DNA of 63,154 nucleotides, filler included, from Licmophora abbreviata (GCA_900291995.1; 5 parts of 5 records of this genome joined end to end with filler, not necessarily neighbours in it), one strand, 5' to 3'; positions 1 to 11,648 are shown, counted from the whole stretch's first letter. Numbers and translations are program-made. Notes: generated by a model from the letters alone, not told the origin.

Positions 1-2
1 GA

Positions 3-3000
3 CGCGTCGGGGTCTGTGCGACGAATACAAAACATGTCGCAGATGGACCCCGTCGGGCTTGGACCGTAACGAGGTGGGATCCACCACCGAAGGCCAGAAT
101 CGCGGACAGTCGCCTCAACAATCTTACCGGGCAAGCATGCCTTCCCTCCGACTTTTCGTCCCCACGAACTTGAATTGTCGAGAACCTTCGACTGCACAGT
201 GCCATCCCAGCCTTCATCGGTGTCGACAGACTTCATGGTAAAAAGGCCAGGTTCTAGCTTGGCTTGCAAAGTAGCGGAAGTATCTTCACTCGTGAGCCCA
301 CTCGTCGGCGTTGGCAATGATCTCGGGTCATCGCTGGCTTGAAGTTGACTATCGCAAACCGACTTCAAGAAGAATTCGGCGATGGACAGCGCCCTCCAGC
401 TTCCCTCGAGAACGAGGTCTTCCAGGCCTCTAGCAGCATTGGCGCCGATGAGAATACTGCACTTGCTTTCTGCGCACACGCCATCTATGATCGGTAGCAA
501 ACGATCTTTCACTAGGTCGCTCTGGACACCCACATATGTACGTCTTCGACGAGCACCACTGCCGATGACTTGATATCGACCCGACTCCTCAGAAGTTCGC
601 CGTGGGTCAGTTCCGGAGCGATTACTTTGGCTCATGGCTCGGATGCAGATCTCGCGGATAGCTGGCACTTGCTTCAAGAGTCCTTCGCTGCTTCCAAAGA
701 TTGAGTTTGATGCTCCTTTCCTCACAGCTGAGTTCGTACTCAAAGACTCGGCGATGAGCTCCGCAGACTGTGCGACCTTCATTGGTACCAGAGAAAGCGC
801 GGGGCATAACTTCTCTAGGTCAACAGACAAGAATCCGGCGACGGCGGCAAAAATGTAGTCAATGCCATATTTCAGCCAGAGCGTAGGTCCCGCAGCAAGC
901 ACTGGGGCGCTCAACGCCAAGTCGAGGGCGTTCCTCGCCAGTGGTTCCGCGACGACATGTGTAGCAGCCGGAACTATCCAGTCGATGCCTCGCCAGAAGA
1001 CGTCGTAGCTCAGTTTTTCCAAAATTTCCGCCTCTGCGCTCAGGACACGTTTTTCCTGTATCAGGACTTCTTCACTGGCTCGATCAAACTGCGCGCCCGG
1101 ATAAAAGGCTTTGTACGACGCCTCAAGCAACGCATCCAACTTCTTCCATTTCAAAGCCTTCTGCGCTTTGTTCGCGATGAAAACACTGCCAAGCAGCAAG
1201 TCTCGCGTCTTCATCTGAGACGATGCTGCTTCGTCCTCCGAGACCATGTTCGAGAATCGATACATGATTAGTGCTGCATGTGCTGCTGCGTCACCGTTCA
1301 GTTCCATGCTCGATGTAATTTCAGTTAGTTCGGTGCAGACGCCAGCAATGGCGCGCTGGTCAAAGGGGTTCCTGCTGGAGCTGGACATTCCTCTAGATGC
1401 ACCAGGCGACTTCAGCGAAGCATCAGAGTTCAGCCCACGGGTCGATTTGACAAGAGACCAGTCCCGCCCGAATACCCAGTTCTGCTGACGAGTACAGTGA
1501 TCACGATAAAGCTCAATTTGAAGACGGATCAGCTCTTCGGCAACCGCCACGCGGCCGCTTTCTGGCCAAGGACTGTTGTTCAGGCTTGGCGGGTCAGTCC
1601 TCTTCCCGTCAATCCGAAGATGATCTCCTGTCATTGGATCCACCGTCACGGATACGCCAGCAATACTTCCGACATAGTTAAGTAGTTGACTGCCGTTGCG
1701 AAGCAGTAGCGGCTGGTAAATACGATCGGGACCTAGGTGGAGATACTTGACTCCCCTTTCAAGTTCTGACGCGCGAACTTTCACCGATGTCCACAATTTT
1801 GGTATATCTTTTGGAGCGCAGCCAAGGTACACTTTCCGGGGAGCGTTCGGAGCAGCTTCTCCGACTACCTGGCTTCTACTGGGGTCGATTCTTCCCATAT
1901 CGTCCTCAGACTGAACCCAGATTGTGCACCGATGAGAACTTTCGAAAGAGCTGACGAATGTTGACCGACGTAGGTCTTCACTATGGTCTCGATGCGCGCC
2001 CTGGATATCTCCCGCTATTAGACGAAACTCGTCGCTAGTCAATTCGCCTCCAAGAAATCCCAAATCCTCATAGATGCCAGACGGTGCCATGGGAGCACTC
2101 GCTTCCACACAAATCGACACAAGCTGAGTCCATACGTGTTCTTTTGCGCTTTCCACATCGGAGGCAAGGGTACCTTCCAGAAGAAGCTTCGAGAATTGTT
2201 TACTTTTGCTCTCGGAATGCGCAAAAGTTACATTGACGCTACGACAACGGTCTCGAATCATTGGGAGTTTCCGTTTAACAACGTCAACAATGCATCTTGG
2301 AATGATTAGCTCTTCCACGCCACTCCCTGGCGAGGGACCACTTGAAGCCGGCTGTAGCTCACGTTCAATGAATGCCACGTTCTTCTCCAACACCATCAAG
2401 GCCTTGGCGGGACTGAAGCCAGATACAGATAATTTCCATATCATTCCATCTTTGGAAGCCTCCAAAGCCCTCTGCTCCTCCATAGCCTCTTCGTCTTCCG
2501 GTGAAACTGGGGGGAGCACTCCAGTTGGCTTTGAGATTTGCTCAATAGTAATTGTGACATGGCAGTTTTGTTGACATCGCTCGATCAAACTTCGTGAGAT
2601 AAATTGCTCTTTGACAGGGGTCTGTACAAAAATGTAACTCTTCATAGCGCGTAGATGTTCCGCATCAGCAATTTTCAACAAGCTTGAGGTTCCCTTCGCA
2701 TTGAGACTTTTCTTGGTAATGACAAACTGTTCAGCCTCTTCGTCCAGAATCATCCAATCTTCCTTGCTCAAGTCTTCCCAGACTTCTTCCAAGTCGTGTC
2801 GATAAATCACCAAATGCTGTCCGTTCGATTCGTCGTATTTGCAGACATCAGCGGAAAAATACTCATGATTCTCTTCCGACAAAATCTTGATACTTCGATT
2901 GATAATTTCTCTTCCTGCTTGACTTGATGGTGGTTTCATCCAATGAGAGCTCAATTTCCGTTCTAACTCATCTTCCTCCATGGATTTGGGCATTTCCAGC

Positions 3001-3761
3001 GTTCCACGACACGATGGTGTCAAGCAATAACACTTGGTGGGTGCTCGTCCTCGTTTCCGATCCCACTTGTAATCAAACGTCAATTCTTCCCCAGCCGCAA
3101 GGTCCTTGAGGGCAAAGACTCCGGCTCGCTGTACGTCACGGACCTTCCATCGTTCGACACGTGCATTAGGCTCGCACGAGTGATTGATATAGCGCGCAAG
3201 TCCTCCCTTTTTCCGTGCATCGATGAAGACATCGTTGTCCAATGCCATGATGTAGAGCATGCGTTCGTTGCTGTATCTCTTGAACAGGCGATCGAGATAT
3301 GCTTTTTTAATGGCTCGGCCGACGTATTCAATGATGAACTCGCCCTTTTTGATATCCTCCAACACGCGCAGGCCCCTGCCCTTGGGGCCGGCATCAATCA
3401 TTTCGACCGACTTCCATTGTTTCCTTGTGATCCGTTGATTGCCACAGAGAGGACCGCATCGACTGGGACACTCTTCTTGACACGCAAACAGTACGCAAGA
3501 CTCGTCCGTGCAGTGCGGTTCCGTGGAATCGGCGCCCGAGGCCGAGGCACATCCACATACATCCGGCGTTGCGTATCTAGGACGTGGGGCAAGCTCACCT
3601 GTTCCGAATCGATCGTCGCCTTCACAAGGCGGGGCCCACTCGACGTCTGAGATGAGTTCCAGTTCGTCGGGAGGGGCTATTTCTTGCGACACGGCGCGAA
3701 CAGATGGAGGCGGTGCACTGGGTGAGGCAGCACTCGCGTCGATCCTCCTCTGGTTTTCCAT
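3..3761 (-). CDS. SET2/ASH1/NSD-like histone lysine methyltransferase (AWS-SET-postSET) fused to Tudor-like, degenerate KH-like and cyclin-box domains; 3' end runs off the window
   Basis: Manual translation from ATG at 3761; segments checked through to position 3 are open and in one frame (absent from the ORF track, consistent with no stop inside the window). Contains Cys-rich AWS (CTDESCVLFACQEECPSRCGPLCGNQRI), KGRGL, ARYINHSCEPN, ELTFDY and postSET CYCLTPSCRG; later a cyclin-like stretch (ALIMYRF...SVFIANK...AEAEILEKLSYDV). Confidence 0.85.
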   Translation of the reverse strand, partial: MENQRRIDASAASPSAPPPSVRAVSQEIAPPDELELISDVEWAPPCEGDDRFGTGELAPRPRYATPDVCGCASASGADSTEPHCTDESCVLFACQEECPSRCGPLCGNQRITRKQWKSVEMIDAGPKGRGLRVLEDIKKGEFIIEYVGRAIKKAYLDRLFKRYSNERMLYIMALDNDVFIDARKKGGLARYINHSCEPNARVERWKVRDVQRAGVFALKDLAAGEELTFDYKWDRKRGRAPTKCYCLTPSCRGTLEMPKSMEEDELERKLSSHWMKPPSSQAGREIINRSIKILSEENHEYFSADVCKYDESNGQHLVIYRHDLEEVWEDLSKEDWMILDEEAEQFVITKKSLNAKGTSSLLKIADAEHLRAMKSYIFVQTPVKEQFISRSLIERCQQNCHVTITIEQISKPTGVLPPVSPEDEEAMEEQRALEASKDGMIWKLSVSGFSPAKALMVLEKNVAFIERELQPASSGPSPGSGVEELIIPRCIVDVVKRKLPMIRDRCRSVNVTFAHSESKSKQFSKLLLEGTLASDVESAKEHVWTQLVSICVEASAPMAPSGIYEDLGFLGGELTSDEFRLIAGDIQGAHRDHSEDLRRSTFVSSFESSHRCTIWVQSEDDMGRIDPSRSQVVGEAAPNAPRKVYLGCAPKDIPKLWTSVKVRASELERGVKYLHLGPDRIYQPLLLRNGSQLLNYVGSIAGVSVTVDPMTGDHLRIDGKRTDPPSLNNSPWPESGRVAVAEELIRLQIELYRDHCTRQQNWVFGRDWSLVKSTRGLNSDASLKSPGASRGMSSSSRNPFDQRAIAGVCTELTEITSSMELNGDAAAHAALIMYRFSNMVSEDEAASSQMKTRDLLLGSVFIANKAQKALKWKKLDALLEASYKAFYPGAQFDRASEEVLIQEKRVLSAEAEILEKLSYDVFWRGIDWIVPAATHVVAEPLARNALDLALSAPVLAAGPTLWLKYGIDYIFAAVAGFLSVDLEKLCPALSLVPMKVAQSAELIAESLSTNSAVRKGASNSIFGSSEGLLKQVPAIREICIRAMSQSNRSGTDPRRTSEESGRYQVIGSGARRRRTYVGVQSDLVKDRLLPIIDGVCAESKCSILIGANAARGLEDLVLEGSWRALSIAEFFLKSVCDSQLQASDDPRSLPTPTSGLTSEDTSATLQAKLEPGLFTMKSVDTDEGWDGTVQSKVLDNSSSWGRKVGGKACLPGKIVEATVRDSGLRWWIPPRYGPSPTGSICDMFCIRRTDPDA

Positions 3762-4212
3762 TCTTTCTCGTGGGTGGCTCTTTCGATTTGACTGCTATCA
3801 GAGGATCAAACTTGAGAAATTAGGGTCAATTGGTTTAGTCTGAAGCGCACGCGATGGGCAATGCCATGGCAAGTCTGGTCATCGTGTGTCGCAACACCAT
3901 CTGTTTGTGTTGGTTGGGTGGGTGGCCGTCCGCGCCCGGCATAATCGTCATGTACCTGGTACCTGTAGAATCCTACGAGCGCTCTACGTAGATGGCTTCC
4001 CTCGATTCGAAAGTGGACACTCGGTCAGACACTCGAAGGTTTGTGGTCTAGCTCCATCTCTTTCTCCAACAATCAACATGCATCCCAATTACTCTACAAC
4101 TAGTTGAATAAACACCCTATACTTCCCTTGTGAACAACATTGTGCTACCCTAACTCTCTAGTAGTTGACTGGAAACTTGACTTCACACAGCTCCGGCGAA
4201 CGTGCCCCAAGT

Positions 4213-7037
4213 TTATCCATTGCGGGCTTCTAGCTCCGCCATTACTTCTTCGCATATTCTGTTCAGGTCTCCATTTTCTTTCGCCAATCGTTCTTTCTCT
4301 GCAACTATCGAAGCTATGCTGATATGCGCGGTGTTGCAATTGGTTTTGGCCTCAGCAAGCTTGGCCTGGACATCCGCCAGTGTCTCACGCAACATGTCCA
4401 GTTCTGAGTTGTTCTCCTTCGTTTGCCGTGCGGCGGACGCTTCTGCATTTGCGATGGCTGAAGAACGTAGATTGTAGAGTGAAAAATTGTGGTTAGAGAA
4501 ATGCTGGTCATGGAGACGAGACGGTCCCATTCGGTATCCACAAACTTACTGGCTTTCAGTTGAGCTAGTTCAGCTTTCATTTCCACGTCCTTTGCCGACT
4601 GGTCTTTCTTCGACACCTCGAGATCTTGAAGAGACACCTTGAGATCTCGTTCTAGCTTTGCAACCTTGGAGACGGTCGAATCGTACTCGTGCTTCAGCTT
4701 CATATAATGCTCGTTGGCTTTCCCGAACTGCTCCTCGGCGGCGGCGATCATCTCCTCCTTCGTTCGCTCAACTGCATCTTCGCTCTTTTGTCGCTCCTCA
4801 TCAAGCGACTTTTTGTGTTCCGCTTTCAAACGCTCGATAGACAGTTCCATCGTTCCAGCCACACTTCGAACCAAGGCAACCTCTCTCTTAGCTTCTTCGA
4901 GAAGCGTACGATCTTTTTGGTGTTCTTCCTCTACCGACGACGTCTTTGCAGTCGCCTCGGCAAGTTGAGAACCCAGAGCTGCAATGATGGCGTCCTTCTC
5001 CTTGACAGCCCTTTCCCGATCTCCAGATCGTTGGTTGTGTTCCGCTTCGACCAAATCAAGCTGCGAGAGCATTTCATCGATCTCCACAGTGTGTTTGTCC
5101 TGGACCGCTTTTACCCTTGCCTCGAAATCTGCGTGTTGCTTCTCGGCCTCCCCTTGCAGTGAATGTACCCTTTCAAGTAGCTCTTTTTCGCGTTCACTAG
5201 AATCTGTCGATCTGGAGGCAAGTTCCGTCTTTTCATCTTCGAACTTCCTTTTTAGTGTTTCCAGCTCGATGTCCATTTCCTTTTGACGCGTCTCGATGCT
5301 GTTTTCCAAAAGCTTATACTTCTCTTCGTGTTTTTGGTGGAGTTCTTGTTTTTCCTTCTCGTGACTCTCAAGTAGCTCTGCTCGGATCGTTTCAGTTCTC
5401 TCGTTGGCTTCCTTGGTGATTCGTTCCGCCTCAAGCTGGTGTTCCTTTAGAAGATTCTCTTGGGCTTCGCGCTCCTTGGAAAGACTCGCTTTCAATGCCG
5501 AAATCTTCTCGAGTAATTTGCTCGTTTCTTCCGAGTCTGCAGCTGCCAACCTTTCTGCTTCCTCCCTTGCAAGATGAGTTTCTGTGTCCAGACGTTCTTG
5601 GAAGTTGCGCTTCAGTTCCTGCTTCTCTGCCTCGTGGAAATCAGTGATTTCCTTCACGTTCTTCTCAGACTCGGAGCGATTGATTTCCAATGCAGCGATC
5701 TGTTCCGATAGACTTGTCTTTTCCCCTTCGATTGTTTCGATCTTTTTCGAATGTTCGCCACTGGACGTTTCCATGTCGGCTTCGAGTTGTGCAATCCGGT
5801 CCAGCATTTCTTTCTTCTGCATGGCATTCGCTTCCTCCACCTTCTCGCTTGATTCTCCTGCTTCCTGTTTGGCAGAAGCTAGCTCCTCCTGAAGCTCCTT
5901 GCGAACCTTCTCCAGCTCTTGCTCGTGTTCGTCACGGAACTCCTGCAGCTGGCGTTGAGTCGATTCTTGAAGCTCCATTTTGGCCGCCTCGAGCTGAGAG
6001 ATCTGGTACATAAGATCTTCTCGGACCGCCGACGCCTCACTTGACTCCTTTGACAGTTTGTCTTGCCTCTCTTTCATTTCTTGTCCATGTCGCTCCTTCA
6101 TTTTTTCCTGTTCACATCTCAACGTGTCCAGCTCCTCCTCGTACTCAGCCGCTTGCATCTCTGCCTTTGCCGAAAGCTCCGATATCTTTTCCATAAGTTC
6201 ACTTCGTTCCTTCTCGCTGGACTCCTTCATTGTCTGTTCAAGTTCCTGTTTGGCCGCTCGCAGTTGAGCTCGTTCCGTTTCCAACTGACTTTCCATCTCT
6301 TTCTTGAGTTGCGCAAGCTCCTGTTGATGCTCCCGATTCCACGACTCGCCGTGTTCTGCGAGCTGCTTCTCCGCTTGCCGCTGCAACTGCTCAAACAGTT
6401 GCTGCTTATCGAATTCATACTTTTGGGAGGCCTCTAGTTCCCAGCATTGACGCGCCTCTAGTAATGTCGCATCCAACTTGGCTTGAAAGGTGTCATCTGT
6501 TGGTGTTGGGTGAGGCACGGTCGCGCTGTCGAGGGCAAGCCGGGTTGGAGATGGCGCTGCCGATCCAGCGTGAGCATTCTCCTTGTTTTCATCCTCATCT
6601 CCTTCCGATTTCTGTTGCTGCATGGAGAACTTCTTCTTAAAGGGAGTCGGGAGAAAGTCTTCGTCGCTCGTGCCTTTCGAGGCCGTCTCGGATGGATAGT
6701 CGTGCTCTTGCTGAGCATCGGCAAAGTCTGTAAGGTCGCTAAAGTCTTCGTTTTCGTCCTTTCCCAGAGGCATGACAGGACTGCTGCGAGGACTGCGTTC
6801 CTTTGTTGTGGTGGAAAAGGGAGATTTGAAGTCTTTCGCGGTCGGCGAGTCGGCTGACGTTTCGAGCCCGCCCATCAGGGGTGGCGTCGAATTAAAGAGC
6901 TTGGTGAGTAAACTGTTGCCATTCTTCTTTGACGACGTGGTGGAAGAAGCCGTTTTGGAAGAAGATGACGGGGAAGGTGTGGACGGAATGTCCAGCAGCG
7001 GCTTGGATGCGGAGTCACTGGCCGTAGATGCTGACAT
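4213..7037 (-). CDS. Long acidic coiled-coil protein with TACC-like C-terminus; join(4550..7037,4213..4457)
   Basis: 907-aa E/K-rich coiled-coil ORF. GT-AG intron 4458-4549 restores the frame into an end KENGDLNRICEEVMAEL, resembling the TACC-domain terminus (KENEELTxICDEL). Confidence 0.7.
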
Positions 7038-7258
7038 GATGTTGTGTGTGTGTCTGAAACGAATTCAAGATTTCTCGAAAGCTGCGACGCCGATTCTCCC
7101 CAGATCAGCTTCTACTGACTTTTCAATCAGCTAGAAACTACTAAATTGCTTCGAAAGGAGTGATAAGACAAGGAGGAAGGCAGCAAAGTCGTCACAACAA
7201 CACCAACAGCAGAGCAACGATCATCGCACTGCTGGATGTGTCTTTTATATTTCGTGTG

Positions 7259-7330
7259 AAAAATGGCGCGGACAGCCGTTAGATAGCCGTTATTCCCACG
7301 AGCTACGAGGTCTTTCACAGTTTGAATTTT
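7259..7330 (-). promoter_or_regulatory. Candidate cell-cycle promoter cluster upstream of the TACC-like gene (two AACGGCT motifs, an E2F-like ATGGCGCG and a TTTGAA)
   Basis: GACAGCCGTTAGATAGCCGTTAT at 7271-7293. The reverse complement includes TCTAACGGCT, matching the plant MSA consensus YCYAACGGYY. Confidence 0.4.
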
Positions 7331-7605
7331 TGTCACTTTCTGATCGTGACGTGTGAGGTGAGATGCTCCCATAGTGACGTGTGACCTTGTAGACAAACTT
7401 AGCCAATCGAAAATTTAGAGTGAATCAGTCAGAATTTGCTTCACAATTTCGAGGCGTGCGTGGTGGAACTGACGACAATCCAACTGCAACAACTTGTTCG
7501 AGGTTGGCGTTCTTCATCAGCGGGTCTATCTTACATTGTACATTCCCTGTCCTCCCTCGACTCTTCGATGGTACTGTACCGTGGTAACACTCTTGAAACA
7601 CCGCC

Positions 7606-8619
7606 ATGACTTCACGACGAAACATTCAGGCCTTGCTGGCTGCTCTGTCGCTCTCTTCGATCGCGGGATTCGGCCTTGTGCCAACCCGGATGCCTACTTC
7701 TAAGGTTGATGGTCTGCTGACCAGACCGTCATCCACGTCCTTATCGGTTTCCACGTTGACCGACAAGGAAACTAGCACCGCTGACGAAGCTTCAGCCAAG
7801 TCGTATCTGGACGATGGTTTTGTTTTTGGACTGGAAGGGTCTGGGTTGGAACGTCCTAGAGGAAAGGAAGCATCGGTCGTGGTCGAGGGGGATTCGCTCG
7901 TAACTCAGCCGTACCAAGTCGCCATGGTCGCAGGTACCTTTCTGGGGCACGCTGCCTTTGCTTCGAATGCTTTCATCAGTATGCTCGCTCAGAATGGAGG
8001 AGATATGGCCTTGACGACTGTACAAGCAATATGCTTGGTAGTATGCAGTTGGATTCTTGCAGACTTTGGAAGTGGCGTCCTGCACTGGTCAGTCGACAAT
8101 TATGGCAATGGACGGACTCCCGTCATGGGAAGTATCATTGCTGCCTTTCAAGGCCATCATTCGGCTCCCTGGACGATTACACAAAGGGGTTTCTGTAACA
8201 ATGTATACAAGCTCTGCATTCCCTTTGGCGTTGCCCCCATGGGACTTATTAACTGGATCAGTGGGCCTTCCACAACACTCTTCTTTACTGTCTTTTGTGT
8301 TATGGAAATCTTGTCGCAAGAGTTTCACAAGTGGTCGCACATGACCAAGGGCGAAGTGCCAGAATGGGTTAATACTTTGCATGGTTTGGGCTTGACTGTG
8401 GGACGCAAGCCCCATGCACTGCATCACATGGCGCCCTACGATGGCAACTACAGTATCATTAGTGGAATGTGCAATGATGTGCTCGACAAGACAGGACTCT
8501 TCAGATGGATGGAACACATGGTTTTCAAGTGGAATGGTGTCGAAAGCAATGCCTGGAAACTCGATCCCGAGCTGCGAGCAAGAACGCTGCGAGGGGAATA
8601 CGGACTTGTAGAAAAGTAG
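7606..8619 (+). CDS. FAD4: Plastid-targeted fatty acid desaturase of the FAD4/TMEM189 (Kua) family
   Basis: Signal peptide ending SSIAG-FGL plus a Ser/Thr-rich transit region; His motifs DFGSGVLHW, FQGHH, QEFHKWSH and HALHH. Confidence 0.85.
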   Translation: MTSRRNIQALLAALSLSSIAGFGLVPTRMPTSKVDGLLTRPSSTSLSVSTLTDKETSTADEASAKSYLDDGFVFGLEGSGLERPRGKEASVVVEGDSLVTQPYQVAMVAGTFLGHAAFASNAFISMLAQNGGDMALTTVQAICLVVCSWILADFGSGVLHWSVDNYGNGRTPVMGSIIAAFQGHHSAPWTITQRGFCNNVYKLCIPFGVAPMGLINWISGPSTTLFFTVFCVMEILSQEFHKWSHMTKGEVPEWVNTLHGLGLTVGRKPHALHHMAPYDGNYSIISGMCNDVLDKTGLFRWMEHMVFKWNGVESNAWKLDPELRARTLRGEYGLVEK

Positions 8620-8849
8620 AGTATTGTTCGATGCTTTTCGATTGTAGCTACAGTACGGCTGTATATAGAGAGTCAAACATTTACTCATGACTACTCATTA
8701 TCTGGTATTGCAGTACTGTACATGTATCGGTATGCGGTATCATACAGTGTGGCGAGAGACATCCAGTGCACCCCAAAAGATCAAAACCTCAACAAAAATG
8801 AAAACATCACCAATCATCCGATACTTCGCGATCGACTCACTCACTTTAC

Positions 8850-10204
8850 TTACCCCGATTTCTGACTACTACGATTGGACGTATCGTCGATCAAGGAGCT
8901 AGTCTTCTTCTGAAAGATGCTGGATCGACGTCGCTCGTGTTCGAGCCCACCCTCGTCGTCCTCTCCACGTACACGTACAAGCTCGTCTCGGACCATCTTT
9001 GCCAGATCCGTCATGCTTGCTCGCTTGTAAAGGTTGTCTGGATGCCAACCCACCTTTAGAATTGCCTGAACCTGTTCGGACAGGGAAAGGCCATCCAATT
9101 TGGGGCGCTTGTGACCCAAGTGCACCTTTTCCTTGTACATTTTGTGAGTATATGTGACGGGGTACGCCTCTCGCAGTGCCAACATTTCGTACATCAGAAT
9201 GGTCATGGAATACACGTCTGCCGTTTCGTTGTAAGGTTTCTCCAATGCGACCTCCGGTGCCATGTAGCACATGCTTCCTGTCATGGACGTGAGTTTGTAA
9301 GTTCCATCTGCCAGACGCTGTTCTGGACGCATTTCCTTGGATAGACCAAAGTCAAAGACCTTGATGCTGCAAAGAGAAGAATCCACGACTGACTTAGCCA
9401 GAGGTGCATAGGAACACACAAAGATCAAGACACACTCAGTCACTGCCAAACTCACTCTCCTCGGACGTCAAATCCGACGTTCTCGGGCTTGACATCGCGA
9501 TAAATGATGAGATTCAAGTGCATATACTCGAGCGCACTGCAGAGATCATAGGCTGCCAAGAGTCGCTCTTGCAGCAGGGCAGCGGCTTTATCCCCTGTCC
9601 TGTCCTTAAGTTTGGCAGCAAACCCCGTAAACTTCTTAGATTGAGACTTCCACTTTTCCATCCTCTTGAGGAGTGTATCGTAGAGTCGATCCATGACAAG
9701 AAAGTACTCCTCGTCGACTGGATCGACGTTGGCAATGGCTCTCAATTTGATAATGTTGGGGTGTTCCAGTGCCGACAAGAATCGCGTTTCGATGTCGATA
9801 TCAATGATTCCGTGGACGAACATTCCTGGATCTTCTAGCACCTCTTTGCTTAGGTACTTGACGGCATAGCGAGCATTTCCCGTTCCTCGAATGCAATGAG
9901 TCGCGATGAAATTTCGACCTTCCCGTTCTCCTTCAGCTACTTGAGGATCTTCTTCGCCCTTTTGGGGTTTCCACTTCTCCACGCCTTCATGAATTTGAAA
10001 GGATCGAATTTCCTTCACGGTTCCGAAACCTCCCTTGCCTAAGAGTTTTCCCATGACAAGCTCCGATCGTTCAAACTGAGGAATCTTGTCGACATGATCT
10101 TCCAGATTCGTGTCTTTGAAGACTTCGGCAACCTTTTTCCGAGCGTAGTCCTTACTAGCGCTCCTGACGGCCGCAGCCTTGGCTTTGGATGCGGCGGTTG
10201 GCAT
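8850..10204 (-). CDS. Ser/Thr (TKL-like) protein kinase; join(9456..10204,8850..9366)
   Basis: LGKGGFG, YAVK, YRDVKPEN, DFG and YMAPE motifs; intron 9367-9455 (GTGAG...GCAG) gives GFDVRGDIKVFDFG. Confidence 0.9.
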
Positions 10205-10569
10205 GATAGAGACGATATCGGGTAGGAATGTGCGGGAGATAAGAGCGTGACACTCGTACCGTATGCGATGAGGTGTCTAAAAGCTGTAAACAGAAAAACG
10301 AGGGGCTTGGCGTGCATGCAGGTTCAAGATCAAAGTCCACGTAGAGCTGTATCATACGAGTTGACCAGGTATGTTGCCTCGCTGAGCTGTCCCTTGTGGC
10401 ACAGACGAACCGTGTAAGGACGTCATGCAGTCGATCTAGTCAATCTATTTAGTCGAGTGAGTCGAGTCACTCATCTCTCAACCAGCGCAATTTTTACGAC
10501 ACATCGGCAAATAGACACAACTGAATCGAATGAATCATTGAGCATAAGTCTGCCGCAGTTCTTGTATCC

Positions 10570-11568
10570 ATGAGTGACAGCAGCAGCGTGGCAGCAGAGG
10601 ATCACAAGGTGTGATTGATGTGCGATGGAGGTCGACAGGCGGTGTCACTGTCCTCCAAAATGACATTGCAAGAGCTAGGCGAGAAGGCCCGACGATCTCT
10701 CCTCATCAACAAGAAATGCAGGACTGGGTCGGTCATCGAACTCAGCATAGGATTTCCTCCTCAGCGGCTGGATCTCAATCATCGAATCGCACGCTCGGTC
10801 ATCCCTACCATGACATGTATACATGTAGCTATCCGAGATAGCATGAAACGTGTACGGGAGGAAGAGCCTGAAGTCAAGACGACAGACTCGCTGGAGCGCA
10901 AGAAGACAGCGCTCATCGGTACGGCGAACGCCAATGCCATTGATTTGGCGAAAGACGATGATCATGATCCAACGCTGGATGATGACGAGGCCTTGGCCCG
11001 ACGTCTGCATCAAGAAGAAGTCTCTGCGGTGGCTCGGGAGCAACTGAAGTACACAACGACGAAGACCGCAGCACAAGACAGGAGACAGGGCGGCATCACC
11101 GACCCGCGTGACCCTACTGTCGTGACGGCAAGCGTGTACTGGATTTGGAAGAAGGGTCCCGAGCTGTATCGTAATGACTCGGTAAGTGGCTTGTCTTCGA
11201 TTCGGCCTCCAGGATTTTTGAAAGGTGGCAGACCATCGCGAGCGCCGTAGCTTCCGGAGAACTGCATGCGGCAGCAGCCAAAAGTCGCTACGAAATTTAA
11301 TTCGGAGATTCAAGGAAATAACAAATCCTATGTTATTTGTGTGTACACATCGGAGGCAAGCATAGATGATGTGGGGATGAGGCTGATTCCGCTTGTGAAA
11401 CGCAACATTCGTCACAAAACGGACGAAGCAACGAGACAGGGTATCTATGCGTCATCGGGTGGAAGCAATATTTCTGCAAAGACCTTGTACTGGAACAACG
11501 GGCAGTCAGGCTTTCAGAGAGTCCGTATATCGAAGAAGTCGCTCAAAACGTCACTGCCTCGGACCTGA
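10570..11568 (+). pseudogene. Disrupted ubiquitin-like/UBX + UIM-like + DUF1917 (C11orf68/Bles03-type, eIF4E-like fold) gene
   Basis: ATG at 10570, premature TGA at 10612, then ...IGFPP... and DDEALARRLHQEE. DUF1917-type motifs GKWLVF (from 11181), AKV, VICVYT and HKTDEATRQGIY require frameshifts near 11180 and 11280. Confidence 0.6.
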
Positions 11569-11648
11569 GAGACGACAAAGGAGAACTGAACGCAGATCCG
11601 ATTCATGACTTCGGCGACCCCACCGTGACCATGAACGATTGGAAGGCC

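Noticed and set aside
10612..10614. In-frame TGA as possible selenocysteine
   Set aside because: No redox motif, no SECIS seen downstream, and the same gene has frameshifts.
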